From Terriglobia bacterium (GTDB taxonomy: Bacteria > Acidobacteriota > Terriglobia > 2-12-FULL-54-10), in the NCBI GenBank assembly GCA_963666975.2, contig CAXVYR010000004.1, positions 864,001 through 928,000 on the forward strand: 64,000 bases of DNA, given 5' to 3'. Of this stretch, positions 11,653-21,529 are shown piece by piece. The notes under the pieces are model-generated. The model was not told the DNA's origin. It made no database searches and saw nothing but the letters and a program-made list of their open reading frames with translations. The translations under genes were made by a program, and so were the position numbers. Within the stretch, counting starts at the first letter, position 1; each line of letters begins with the position of its first letter.

Positions 11653-13065
11653 TTAGAGCAGCGTGCGGACGTCGGCAACGCAGCCCTGCAGGGCCGAGGC
11701 GGCAGCCGTCTGAGGGCTGGCCAAAAAAGTTCGCCCGCCCTTGCCCTGCCGTCCTTCAAAATTGCGGTTGCTGGTCGAGACGCTGTACTGGCCCGGCTCG
11801 AGCTCATCGCCGTTCATAGCGATGCACATGCTGCATCCCGGCTCGCGCCATTCGCAGCCTGCATCGCGGAAGATGTCCGGCAGTCCTTCCTGTTCCGCCT
11901 CGCGTTTCACCTGCTGGGAGCCGGGCACGACCAATACCCGCAGCTTCGGGTTCACCTTGCGTCCTTTCAAGATGCCGGCTGCGGCGCGCAAATCCGAGAT
12001 GCGGGAGTTGGTGCAACTTCCGATGAAAACAACGTCTATCGGATGGCCGAGCAGAGGTTTTCCGGGCTCCAGCGCCATGTATTCGAGAGCGTGCCGAACC
12101 GCGTTCTGGGCGGCGGCGTCCGGCATGGAATCCGGAGAGGGCACCGGCGCCGTGACCGGCAAACCCATCCCTGGGTTCGTTCCGTAGGTAATCATCGGCT
12201 CCAGTTGACCGGCGTCCATCGTGACGGACTGGTCGAACCGCGCGCCGGGATCGGAGGGCAGTTGCTTCCACTGTTTCAGGGCGCTGTCCCATGCAGCCGC
12301 CTTGGGTGCGTAGGGTTTTCCGGCAAGGTACTGGAAAGTCGCCTCGTCCGGAGCAATCATCCCCGCTTTGGCCCCGGCCTCGATTGACATATTGCAAACC
12401 GTCATGCGAGCTTCCATGGAGAGGGCGCGGATGGCGCTGCCGGTGTACTCCAGCACAAAGCCGACTCCTCCGCCCACGCCGATCCGGGCGATCAGCGCCA
12501 GGATGATGTCTTTGGCGGAAACGCCAGGCTGGAGCGTCCCATCGATTCGGACCTCAAACGACCTTGGCTTCCGCTGGAGCAAACACTGCGTGGCTAGCAC
12601 GTGCTGGACCTCCGTGGTCCCGATCCCGAACGCCAGCGCGCCGAACGCGCCGTGCGTGGCGGTGTGGCTGTCGCCGCATACAATCGTCATGCCCGGTTGC
12701 GTGAATCCCAGTTCCGGCCCGATGACGTGAACGATCCCCTGCGTGGGGCTGTCGATTCCGTGCAGCGGAATGCCGAACTCCAGGCAGTTGACTTCAAGCT
12801 GCCGAATCTGGCTGGCCGCCATGGGATCGGCGATGGGAAGCGAGCGGTCGGTGGTGGGAATGCTGTGGTCGACCGTCGCCACGGTCTTAGAGGGCTGCCG
12901 GACCTGGTATCCGAGATCGCGCAATCCCTGGAAGGCTTGCGGCGAAGTGACCTCGTGGACCAGGTGCAGGTCGATGTAGAGCGCCACCGGGCAATCCGGT
13001 TCTTCCACCACTACGTGACGGTTCCAGATTTTTTCAAACAGGGTTTGGGATTTTTCGGCAGCCAT
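11653..13065 (-). CDS. leuC: 3-isopropylmalate dehydratase large subunit
   Basis: [43 protein letters not shown] and [12 protein letters not shown]. Confidence 0.98.
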   Translation of the reverse strand: MAAEKSQTLFEKIWNRHVVVEEPDCPVALYIDLHLVHEVTSPQAFQGLRDLGYQVRQPSKTVATVDHSIPTTDRSLPIADPMAASQIRQLEVNCLEFGIPLHGIDSPTQGIVHVIGPELGFTQPGMTIVCGDSHTATHGAFGALAFGIGTTEVQHVLATQCLLQRKPRSFEVRIDGTLQPGVSAKDIILALIARIGVGGGVGFVLEYTGSAIRALSMEARMTVCNMSIEAGAKAGMIAPDEATFQYLAGKPYAPKAAAWDSALKQWKQLPSDPGARFDQSVTMDAGQLEPMITYGTNPGMGLPVTAPVPSPDSMPDAAAQNAVRHALEYMALEPGKPLLGHPIDVVFIGSCTNSRISDLRAAAGILKGRKVNPKLRVLVVPGSQQVKREAEQEGLPDIFRDAGCEWREPGCSMCIAMNGDELEPGQYSVSTSNRNFEGRQGKGGRTFLASPQTAAASALQGCVADVRTLL

Positions 13066-13134
13066 GTGTGATCCGGTCCTAGAGATATTGGTTGAAAGCT
13101 GGCATGGGAAGCGTATCAGAATTTAACATCGAAT

Positions 13135-13204
13135 ATCTAAGATCATAAATATCTAACATCTGACATCTGCCATCTGACATTTGGCATTTGGCATTTGGCA
13201 TTTA
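13135..13204. repeat. Heptameric tandem repeat (ATCTGAC/ATTTGGC-type)
   Basis: ATCTAAC ATCTGAC ATCTGCC ATCTGAC ATTTGGC ATTTGGC ATTTGGC between the DUF4340 stop and leuC. Confidence 0.85.
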
Positions 13205-14638
13205 TCCAACGGGCGTTTCCTGGGTTCCCGTTTCTGCGGAGGGAAATTTCCCGAGCGACTCCTCAATCCTCTCTTTTTCGTCTGCGCGCAGCTCGTAGAC
13301 AGAGGGCTCGCCTTGCCGGGCGGCGTACAGCTTGCCGTCTTGGAGCGCGAGCAAAACGGTTTCTTCCCGGTTGTCCTCGCCAAAGGTGATCTGCACCCTC
13401 AGCCAGGGGTTGTCCAGGCCGTACTGTGCCAGCCTGCCCGGCCTGTCGGTGGTGTATTGCTGGATGCGCATGGCGTGAATGTTGTTTAGGAAGACGTCGA
13501 CCTCTCCGATGTCGGACTGGCCTGCGGCTGCGCTTTCCGCTTCATCTTCATTCGCCCGCAGGACCCAGCGCTCTTCCTGCTTGTCGAAGCGAAAATTCGT
13601 TTCGTCGGTCTGAATTTCCAGTCGCTGGGCGTTGGTGGTCTGGAAGTCAAACAGGTAGCGGTTGCGGTACTCGTCCACGCTGCCGTTCAACTGGTCGTAC
13701 ACGGCTTGGTTAATAGTAAAGACATGCGGCCACACGGAATTCTTGGCGTAGTAGCCTTCGCCGTCCTGATTGTCGCTCCCGACCAGCAGACTGTGAACAC
13801 CGTCCGGCAGGGTCGCTTGCAGGCGAATCTGGGGGCGATGGAGACCGTAGCGGGCCAGCGACCGTGCGTCCTCCTCCTCGATAGACTTCATCAGAGCCCC
13901 GATCAGGCGAGTGAGGAAATAATTGGCGCCGGCGTAGTCGGTCCGCACAGCCGGCTGAGTCAGCTCCCAATTGTTGTTGGTAAGCTTGGTCATCACAATT
14001 TTCCCGGTCTGGTTGTCCATCTCCAGCAGTTGCGCCTGATCCAAGGCGACGGGCAGGGCCCGCTTGTCGCGAAGGTCGAACAGGGTCTTTTCCAGGACAG
14101 AAAAGGCCGGCGAATCCAGCAAGAACAGTCCCGGCGAAGAGCTCAGCATGGCGTATTTGGCATAGCCGCTGGGATTTTCCCCGCCAATCGACACCGTTAC
14201 TGTCTTTCCCTGCTGCAGCTTGATTGTGACAACCCGCTGCGGCTCATCCAAACCATAATCGACGAGCGACGGAGGCGTTTGCTCCATTATGGGCGTGTAC
14301 TCAAGGCCGGGGAGCGACTCGACAAAGGATTGAATCAGCATGCTGTCGGCCGCCACTCCCTCTGGATCAACAAACTCCCACTGCAGATCATCTACCGTCG
14401 GCGCTCCCTCGGAGCCTGCTTCTGGTCTTTCCCCGTCCGGCAGGCGGCGGGAAGTCAGCGTGGGTTCGTTCGGCATCTCAATCGAAATTTCCTCTACCTG
14501 TTCGGCCTGGAAGGAGAAAAGTTTCTCCTTGGGAATCGCGTCCGAGGCGTTCTCCGGCGGATTCTTGTCCAGATAATAGAGCACTCCCCCCAGCACAAGG
14601 AGAATTCCCAAGGCAATGAATGTATGCAGAATTTTCAT
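13202..14638 (-). CDS. DUF4340 domain-containing protein (Gld-type ABC system accessory)
   Basis: N-terminal anchor and three repeats with YGLxxP motifs. Lies in its usual position after a GldG-like gene. Confidence 0.8.
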   Translation of the reverse strand: MKILHTFIALGILLVLGGVLYYLDKNPPENASDAIPKEKLFSFQAEQVEEISIEMPNEPTLTSRRLPDGERPEAGSEGAPTVDDLQWEFVDPEGVAADSMLIQSFVESLPGLEYTPIMEQTPPSLVDYGLDEPQRVVTIKLQQGKTVTVSIGGENPSGYAKYAMLSSSPGLFLLDSPAFSVLEKTLFDLRDKRALPVALDQAQLLEMDNQTGKIVMTKLTNNNWELTQPAVRTDYAGANYFLTRLIGALMKSIEEEDARSLARYGLHRPQIRLQATLPDGVHSLLVGSDNQDGEGYYAKNSVWPHVFTINQAVYDQLNGSVDEYRNRYLFDFQTTNAQRLEIQTDETNFRFDKQEERWVLRANEDEAESAAAGQSDIGEVDVFLNNIHAMRIQQYTTDRPGRLAQYGLDNPWLRVQITFGEDNREETVLLALQDGKLYAARQGEPSVYELRADEKERIEESLGKFPSAETGTQETPVG

Positions 14639-14665
14639 AGCCGTTGTCGCTTACTCAGCCACTCA

Positions 14666-14733
14666 GCCAAAAGCAGCTTTCGCTCACGCCGTCAGGGGGC
14701 GGTGGCCCTGACGCTTTACGAAGCAGTTTTGGC
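14666..14733. repeat. Intergenic long imperfect hairpin (REP-like)
   Basis: GCCAAAAGCAGCTTTCG...CGTCAGGG-N8-CCCTGACG...CGAAGCAGTTTTGGC. Confidence 0.55.
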
Positions 14734-14777
14734 GGCAAGGGATATATGGCCGATGGATGAAAGCTGAGAGCCATGCT

Positions 14778-16205
14778 TTACCCGCGTCTTTTCCACCACA
14801 CTCCGAAACCGCCGAGGACGATTCCCAGCGGAACGGCAACCATACAAAGTAAAACGAAATCCATTTGGGACGGCGAGAGTTCCACGCGCCGGTCCTCGGG
14901 GTCGCGGGGGCGGATCGAGATCAGGTCTTCGTCGGAAGCGAGCCAACTGATCGTGTTCAGGAACAGATCGCGGTTGCCGTTAAACCCGAAGATGGAATTG
15001 GCCGCCATCTCCGTGCTCCCGGCAACCACCAAGCGGCCTTCCTCGCCATTTTCCGAATCGAGTGATTTGTACGTTCCTGCCCCCATCAGCGCCAGCGGCC
15101 CTTCCATGTCCACTCCTTCGCGGAAGCTCACCTCCGAAGCCCTCACCTGGGTGGTAGCCCAGCTGTCTGCCGTGGTTCGCGCGATCAGTTGGAACTGCGC
15201 TCCCGGCATGGCGTCGCTGGAGGATTGCACTGCGCAGGCGAAAGGGAACAGCGTGGCGACATTGCTGAGGTCCTTGGTGATCGGATGATCTTCATATTGC
15301 ATCACCAGGGGCATGAGTTCATCGGTTCCGAACAGGCGTCCGATGCCGCTGGTGTCCACTACCAAAGTGTTTTGTACGTCCGCGCCGAACTCTGCGAGCA
15401 GTCCGGTCAGGCTGGGCGGCGTGTGCGGATTGACCAGAAAGAAGGCCCGCCCGCCCCCTTGAATGTATTCGCGGATGGCGTCGATCTCCGGGCCGAGCAG
15501 GTCATTCTGCGGTCCCGCCACCACCAGCACGCTGGCATCCTCCGGAACCTGCGGAGACTCCTCCAGCAAAGAAACCGTCTGGACCTGATAGTTGCTCTCC
15601 TCCAGCGCCGCCTTCGCTTCGCTCAGGCCCAGCCGCTCGCTCGATTCCAGGTCCCGCTCTCCGTGGCCTTCCAGAAAATAAATCAACTTGGACTCGCCTT
15701 TGAGCAGGCGAATCAGGGTATTGGTGATATCCCCTTCTTCGACTCCATTCGCCTGTTCGTTGCGCTCGCCCGCGGAGACGATCACCGTCCCGTAGGTTTT
15801 CACATTGTACTGGTTGGCTTTGGCGGGTTCCTGGTCCGGGTCCACATAGCTGACTTGGACGCGCCGGGAGAGGACCGAAAACTGCTCCAGCAGATCGCGC
15901 ATATTGCCGAAGTTGGCCCTGCGGTCGAAGTAGAGCAACTCGACATCGCGATCCAAGCCGGACAAAATGTTCGCAGTCTGCTGCGACAAGCTGTAGCGCT
16001 GGTTGGCGGTCAAATCGATTTGCCGGACAAATTGTTTGGCGATCAGGTTGACGGCCACCACAATGGCCAGCGCCACCAGGGTATAGATCAGCGTATTCAA
16101 GCCGAACTTCGCTTGCCGGCTGGTGAGATGGCTCTTCAGTCCCTTGGGCATCTCGTCTTTTCCCATCTCCTTTTTTCCCGCCTCATTTTCCATCTCATTT
16201 TCCAC
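14778..16205 (-). CDS. GldG-family ABC transporter auxiliary protein
   Basis: DLTANQRYSLS, IYFLEGHGE and GNRDLFLNTISWL motifs, with N- and C-terminal TM helices. Confidence 0.88.
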   Translation of the reverse strand: MENEMENEAGKKEMGKDEMPKGLKSHLTSRQAKFGLNTLIYTLVALAIVVAVNLIAKQFVRQIDLTANQRYSLSQQTANILSGLDRDVELLYFDRRANFGNMRDLLEQFSVLSRRVQVSYVDPDQEPAKANQYNVKTYGTVIVSAGERNEQANGVEEGDITNTLIRLLKGESKLIYFLEGHGERDLESSERLGLSEAKAALEESNYQVQTVSLLEESPQVPEDASVLVVAGPQNDLLGPEIDAIREYIQGGGRAFFLVNPHTPPSLTGLLAEFGADVQNTLVVDTSGIGRLFGTDELMPLVMQYEDHPITKDLSNVATLFPFACAVQSSSDAMPGAQFQLIARTTADSWATTQVRASEVSFREGVDMEGPLALMGAGTYKSLDSENGEEGRLVVAGSTEMAANSIFGFNGNRDLFLNTISWLASDEDLISIRPRDPEDRRVELSPSQMDFVLLCMVAVPLGIVLGGFGVWWKRRG

Positions 16206-16206
16206 C

Positions 16207-16989
16207 TTAGGCCCTCCAACGAACGGACTCCACCGAACGGGCCGTCAAAAACAGGCTCAGCCCGATGACGGAAAGGTAGTAAACCGTGTCGCGCAGATCG
16301 ATGACTCCTTTGGAAAAGTTATCCATGTGGGACCTCAGTGAAATATAGTTTGCAATTTGACCCACCGTGCTAGAGGAGTAATCGCTGATCCCACCAATCA
16401 CCCACAGCAACAGTAAAAGGAAGAAGCCCAGGCTGCCTGCGATCACTTGGTTGCGGGTTAAGGTCGAAAGCATCATGCCGATGGCTAAAAAGCAGCCCCC
16501 AATCAGCAACAGTCCCAGATACCCCACCAGCAGGGGTTTCCAGTCCGGGTTGCCGTAACGGAACAGGATCAGCATGTAAAAAAAGGACAGCCCCAACAGC
16601 GAGATATACAGCAGAGAAGCCCCCAGAAATTTGCCCAGGATCATTTCGAGATCGGTGAGCGGCGAGGTCATCAGCAGCTCGATGGTGCCCGTCTTTTTTT
16701 CCTCGGCGAACAGGCGCATGGTGATCATGGGAACCAGGAAAAGGCAGATCACAGCGATCGAATAGATGAGGCCCCGGATCACCATATCATTCACGTTCAG
16801 AGGAGGCATCATCTGGCCGTACATCTGAGCGTACTGGGCCGCCGTAAAACTCTGCATCACAAACCGGGAGAGGCTGTCGTAAAAAAAGAACCCGAAAGCG
16901 CCGGCAAACATCGCCATCACAAAATAGCCGACCGGCGAGCGGAAATAGAAGTTCAGCTCCCTGCGGGCAATGGTCCAAATGTTCCTCAT
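16207..16989 (-). CDS. ABC-2 type permease (GldF-like)
   Basis: MRNIWTIARREL...ITMRLFAEEKKTGTIELLMTSP. ATGA overlap with the upstream ATPase stop. Confidence 0.9.
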   Translation of the reverse strand: MRNIWTIARRELNFYFRSPVGYFVMAMFAGAFGFFFYDSLSRFVMQSFTAAQYAQMYGQMMPPLNVNDMVIRGLIYSIAVICLFLVPMITMRLFAEEKKTGTIELLMTSPLTDLEMILGKFLGASLLYISLLGLSFFYMLILFRYGNPDWKPLLVGYLGLLLIGGCFLAIGMMLSTLTRNQVIAGSLGFFLLLLLWVIGGISDYSSSTVGQIANYISLRSHMDNFSKGVIDLRDTVYYLSVIGLSLFLTARSVESVRWRA

Positions 16990-17978
16990 GACGCGGCTGT
17001 CTCCTCGGAATCCCCGCCGGCGCTGTCGTCCGCCGATTCGGTTGTAGTCAGCTTCAAGAAAATCTCTTCCAGGCTCAAGCCCACGCGCCGCAACTCGAGC
17101 AGCCCCCATCCGGATTCGACCACAGCCCGGGCCAGTTCCTTCCGAACGTCCTGGCCTTTCGCCGTCTGTACGGCGAAGGCCGCGCGGCCGTTGCCGGCCT
17201 GGGAGGGAGAGACCCGGCTGACTCCCGTTACACGGGACAGGCGCTCTCGCACTTCCGCTTCCGGCCCTTCCACAACCAGGTTCATCGTCTCGTACCCTTG
17301 CAGCCGCGCCGTCAGGTTTTCCGGCGTATCCTCGGCCACGAGTTTCCCGGCGTTGATAATCATCACCCGTCCGCAGGTATTGGCCGCTTCGGGCAGGATA
17401 TGGGTGCTGAGAATAATAGTGTGCTCGCCGGCCAGGCTCGTAATCAGCTTGCGGGTTTCAATAATCTGCTTGGGATCGAGGCCCGCCGTCGGCTCGTCCA
17501 GCACCAGGACCTCCGGGTTATGGATCAGCGCCGCCGCCAACCCGACCCTCTGGCGGTAGCCTTTGGAGAGCTGGCCGACGAGTTTCCGGGAGACATCTGA
17601 AACAGCAGTTTTTTCCGAGACCTCGGCGATGCGCTGCTTCAACTCGCGGCCGGGCACGCCCTTGATCCGGCCCGCGAAGGCAAGCATCTCCGTCACCCGC
17701 ATGTCCGTGTAAAGAGGCGGTGTTTCCGGCAGATACCCGATGCGGCTCTTCACCTGGAGCGGCTCCTCGATCACGTCGTATCCCGCCACCGTCACTTTGC
17801 CGAGCGTGGGAGGGAGAAAGCCGGTCAGCACCCGCATGGTGGTGGTTTTTCCGGCGCCGTTGGGGCCGAGGAATCCCAGGATTTCCCCTTTCTTTACAGA
17901 GAAGTTGACATCCTGAACGGCTACGGTCCGTCCGTATCGTTTGGTCAATCCCTGAACTTCTATCACCGAACCCTCCAT
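16986..17978 (-). CDS. ABC transporter ATP-binding protein (GldA-like)
   Basis: GPNGAGKTT, LSKGYRQR and VLVLDEPT motifs. Confidence 0.95.
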   Translation of the reverse strand: MEGSVIEVQGLTKRYGRTVAVQDVNFSVKKGEILGFLGPNGAGKTTTMRVLTGFLPPTLGKVTVAGYDVIEEPLQVKSRIGYLPETPPLYTDMRVTEMLAFAGRIKGVPGRELKQRIAEVSEKTAVSDVSRKLVGQLSKGYRQRVGLAAALIHNPEVLVLDEPTAGLDPKQIIETRKLITSLAGEHTIILSTHILPEAANTCGRVMIINAGKLVAEDTPENLTARLQGYETMNLVVEGPEAEVRERLSRVTGVSRVSPSQAGNGRAAFAVQTAKGQDVRKELARAVVESGWGLLELRRVGLSLEEIFLKLTTTESADDSAGGDSEETAAS

Positions 17979-18406
17979 GCAAAGATCGAAGATCAAAGAC
18001 CAGCTATGCTTTTCCTGTAGGAGTAGCGTTGCCGCCTTCTCCTTGATTCAGGATCAGCGATTCAGGATCAGCCCGCCGTTTTTAGAGTAGCGCTCTGCTC
18101 CGCTTGCGGCTGGGAGTTTGGCCCCTTTGATTTAAGTGGTATTTGGGCAGCGGCTAGCATATCAAATTATAGGGCCGTTTTCCAAGATTCGGCCAGACTG
18201 CACGGGCCCGCCGCACTCCCAAGTTGCCGATGAGAACAATACGCCATAGCATGGTTGTGCAAGTCATTCAATGAGCTTCCAGGCAACTTCGGTCTTGTCG
18301 TGTCCTGCAAACGGGAATGTTCTGGTAATCTTGTCAGCTTGACGGGTGTGGGAACTGGCTTTTCCGCAGGAATAGGGATGCCGGATTCCTAAAAGGAGTT
18401 GGAACC

Positions 18407-19453
18407 ATGCGTAAAACCGTTGGCATCTTGACCGGCGGCGGAGATTGTCCCGGGTTGAATGCGGTGATCCGGGCCGTCGTGCGGCGAGTGCAACCTCTCG
18501 GCTATGCGACTACCGGCATTATGGAGGGCTGGAGAGGCCTGCTCGAAAACAAGATGGAACGGCTGGACCTGGATCGCGTTTCGGGAATCGTTTACCGGGG
18601 CGGCACCATCCTGCGCACTTCCCGGACGAACCCGGTGAAACGCCCCGACGGGATCAACACCATCAAGGACAATCTGCAGAAGAACGCGATTGACGCGCTC
18701 GTTGCCATTGGCGGCGATGACACCATGGGCGTGGCCGACCGCCTGTTCCAGGACGGCGTTGCGGTGGTGGGCGTTCCCAAAACCATCGACAATGACCTGA
18801 ACGGAACCGACGTTTGCTTCGGTTTCGACACGGCGGTCAACATCGCCACCGAAGCCATCGACCGGCTCCATACCACGGCGGAGGCTCATAACCGCGTCAT
18901 GGTGGTGGAGGTGATGGGACGGGACACGGGCTGGATCGCGGTGGCTTCCGGCATAGCGGGCGGCGCGGACATGATTCTGATCCCGGAGCAGCCGGCGGAC
19001 CTCGATCAGCTCTGCGCGGTGCTGCGGAAACGGCATGGACGGGGCAAGTATTTCAGCATCGTCGTGGTGGCAGAAGGCGTCCAATTGCCCTCCGGGCCGG
19101 AAGGGTCCCAAGAGCCGGTCAAGCAGGGCGCGGTCGTGGACGAGTTCGGCCACGCGCATTTGGGCGGAGTGGGCCAGGCGCTGGCGCGCGTGGTGGAGTC
19201 GCGCACGGGGTTTGAAACCAGGGTGGTGACGCTGGGCCACCTCCAGCGGGGCGGCAACCCCACGGCTTTTGACCGCATCCTGGCCACGCGCTTCGGAGTG
19301 CATGCCGCGAACCTGATCGACCGGCAGGAGTTCGGCAAGATGGTCGCTTTGCGCGGCACCCAGATTGTGGCGATCCCTCTGGCGGAGGCCGTCGCCGAGC
19401 CCCGCCGGGTCGATCCGGAACTCTATGCCACTGCATCGGTCTTTTTCGGCTAG
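18407..19453 (+). CDS. pfkA: 6-phosphofructokinase (PfkA family)
   Basis: GGGDCPGLN, IGGDDT, PKTIDND, EVMGR and LGHLQRGG motifs. SD AAGGAG upstream. Confidence 0.95.
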   Translation: MRKTVGILTGGGDCPGLNAVIRAVVRRVQPLGYATTGIMEGWRGLLENKMERLDLDRVSGIVYRGGTILRTSRTNPVKRPDGINTIKDNLQKNAIDALVAIGGDDTMGVADRLFQDGVAVVGVPKTIDNDLNGTDVCFGFDTAVNIATEAIDRLHTTAEAHNRVMVVEVMGRDTGWIAVASGIAGGADMILIPEQPADLDQLCAVLRKRHGRGKYFSIVVVAEGVQLPSGPEGSQEPVKQGAVVDEFGHAHLGGVGQALARVVESRTGFETRVVTLGHLQRGGNPTAFDRILATRFGVHAANLIDRQEFGKMVALRGTQIVAIPLAEAVAEPRRVDPELYATASVFFG

Positions 19454-19639
19454 CGCCGATCCGGCGGAATGCCGGAGGTGGCCAGAGTGGCGTTGAGCAA
19501 GTATAATTTTGTTTCCCGGTCTTCGCATCAGGATCGCACTAGGGCGAGAAGGGATCAGTCTTCCACGGTTTTTTGCATAGAGGCGGATTCCGTTCAGCGA
19601 GCAAGCTGGAACTAAGCAAGGTGGAGCTAAGGTGGAGTT

Positions 19640-19996
19640 GTGGAGAAAAGACTGATCTTCGTCTGCCAGAACGTCGATTGCAGGGTGCGCCAGGCTGCCG
19701 AAGTGATGGAGAAGCTGAAACAAGAAGCTGGCCCTGATGAGTCAATGGAGGTTCGCCCCTATATGTGCTTCGGAGCTTGCCACGAAGGACCGAATGTGGT
19801 CGTCTACCCGGACAAGGTCTGGTACGCAGGCGTGAAGCCGGAGGATACTGCCGAGATCGTTGCTTCCCTTCGGGGAGGCGAGCCGCAGGGCCATCCGGGT
19901 ACGTTGGGGAGGCCGGGTACGTTGGGGAGGTTGGATACGATCGATCCCAACTTGAAAGCGATGATTTTCCAATTGCTCGACGCCGGCCTCTATTGA
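19640..19996 (+). CDS. Thioredoxin-like (2Fe-2S) ferredoxin (NuoE-like domain)
   Basis: CQNVDC...CFGACHEGPNVVVYP. Contains an 18-bp tandem duplication (PGTLGR x2). Confidence 0.85.
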   Translation: MEKRLIFVCQNVDCRVRQAAEVMEKLKQEAGPDESMEVRPYMCFGACHEGPNVVVYPDKVWYAGVKPEDTAEIVASLRGGEPQGHPGTLGRPGTLGRLDTIDPNLKAMIFQLLDAGLY

Positions 19997-20062
19997 CGAT
20001 AGCACATGTAACGATACTCCATGTGACGATGCTCCATGTGACTATACTCCATGTAACGACAG
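19996..20062. repeat. 15-bp tandem repeat x4 (ACGATACTCCATGTR consensus)
   Basis: Units at 19996, 20011, 20026 and 20041, plus a partial unit at 20056. Confidence 0.9.
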
Positions 20063-20127
20063 CCCCAGGTGAAGCTGTTTCCAAGTTAAGCTATGCCTAA
20101 GTGCTGTTTATAAGTAAAGACGCGCTC

Positions 20128-21396
20128 ATGTCTCAATCCAAAACCATCCTGTTTCCTTCCGGGATTCCAGCCAATCGAGAGAATCTGGCCGAGTACCGCT
20201 GGCGCGGGGGCTACGAAGCCTTGCGGAAGGCGCTCACCCAATCCGATCCCTCTTCCCTCTTGCAGGAAGTGGAGGCCGCGCGGTTGCGCGGGCGGGGCGG
20301 GGCCGGTTTTCCTGCCGCGCAAAAGCTGGCGCTCTGCGCCAAGGCCGAAGGGAAGCAAAAATATGTGGTGGCGAACGGAGGCGAGGACGAGCCAGGCTCT
20401 CAGAAGGATCGCATTCTGTTGGAGCGTGTTCCGCACGCCGTGCTGGAAGGCATGCTGCTTGCCGCCTGCACGGTGGGCGCGTCCCGCGCGTTTTTTTATA
20501 CCAATGAAACCTATCAGCAGGCCCTGCAAAGCATCGAGCAAGCCCTGGCAGAGGCCCAGGCCGAAGGATTGCTTGGGGAACAGGTCTTGGGAACAAAGTT
20601 CGGGGTGATGGTCGAGAGCCGTCCCGCGCCCACGCCATACGTTGCCGGAGAGGACACGGCCGCCTTGGAAGTGCTGGAGGGAAAGGACCCTCTTCCCCGG
20701 CAGAAACCTCCCTACCCGGTGACTGCCGGATTATTCGGCCAGCCTACGGTTGTCAATAACGTCGAGACGCTGGCGAATCTTGCGCCCATCATTTTGAACG
20801 GCGCCCAGTGGTATCGCGGATTCGGGACCGAGGAAAGTTCCGGCACCATGCTCTATTCCATGAACGAAGAATGGGCGCGGCCCGGCGTTTACGAGCTGCC
20901 CTATGGGGCTCGCGAAGGGGAGTTGGTGGAGGAATTGGCCGGTGGGTTGAAGCAGGGCGCGCGGCTGCGCGCTATCTTGCCGGGAGGCCCTTCCAGCGGC
21001 TTTCTGCTTCCGGACCTGGACCGCCCGTTGAGCCCGGAGGCGTTGAAGGCAGCCGGCTCCAACATCGGCTGCGGCGTAATGCGAGGCTACGCGGAAGGGA
21101 CCTGCATGATGGATGCGGCTTTGGAAGTAGCCCGGTTTTTTGAAAAAGAGTGTTGCGGCCAATGTCCGGCCTGCCGCATGGAGACCTCCGCGCTCGCCAC
21201 CCTGATGAGCAAGGTCCACCAAGGCCAGGTGCCGGCGGCTGCGCTCGATCAGATTTCGAAGCTGCTCGATTTCAATAAAGGCAAGGGCAATTGCAGCCTG
21301 GTCAACATGCCGGGCCCGCCTCTGCTCAGCGCCTTGAAACTGTTCCCCGAAGATTTCCAGTCCCACCTGAACGGCGGAAACTGTCCGTCACGGTAA
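20128..21396 (+). CDS. Stand-alone NuoF/HoxF-like FMN- and 4Fe-4S-binding NADH oxidoreductase subunit
   Basis: RGRGGAGFP, NGGEDEPG, YVAGEDTA, PTVVNNVETL, SLBB region and ECCGQCPACR...C. Alternative start at 20101. Confidence 0.88.
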   Translation: MSQSKTILFPSGIPANRENLAEYRWRGGYEALRKALTQSDPSSLLQEVEAARLRGRGGAGFPAAQKLALCAKAEGKQKYVVANGGEDEPGSQKDRILLERVPHAVLEGMLLAACTVGASRAFFYTNETYQQALQSIEQALAEAQAEGLLGEQVLGTKFGVMVESRPAPTPYVAGEDTAALEVLEGKDPLPRQKPPYPVTAGLFGQPTVVNNVETLANLAPIILNGAQWYRGFGTEESSGTMLYSMNEEWARPGVYELPYGAREGELVEELAGGLKQGARLRAILPGGPSSGFLLPDLDRPLSPEALKAAGSNIGCGVMRGYAEGTCMMDAALEVARFFEKECCGQCPACRMETSALATLMSKVHQGQVPAAALDQISKLLDFNKGKGNCSLVNMPGPPLLSALKLFPEDFQSHLNGGNCPSR

Positions 21397-21529
21397 ATTG
21401 GCGGTCCCAATTTGCCGTGGGTTTGTAAATTCAGCAAAAGCCCACGGCGAGGCTTGTCCCGAGCGAAGTCGAGGGATAAACCCTTCGCCGTGGCTCCACT
21501 CCTGACTTCTGTCTTCTGACTCCTGACTT
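21389..21529. repeat. REP-like palindrome cluster plus heptamer repeats downstream of the nuoF-like gene and polA
   Basis: CACGGTAAATTGG-N-CCAATTTGCCGTGGGTTTGTAAAT; CCACGGCGA...TCGCCGTGG; CCTGACT/TCTGACT heptamers. Confidence 0.75.

Noticed and set aside
10849-12387. 512-aa plus-strand ORF (and similar ones at 391-1641, 9423-10634, 18389-19723, 41279-42511)
   Set aside because: Antisense to well-supported genes, with no recognisable domains.
13066-13204. Leucine attenuator/leader peptide upstream of leuC
   Set aside because: No Leu-rich short ORF or terminator/antiterminator pair; only heptamer repeats.
19996-20062. Possible mini-CRISPR
   Set aside because: Units are 15 bp and contiguous with no unique spacers, and there are no cas genes in the window.
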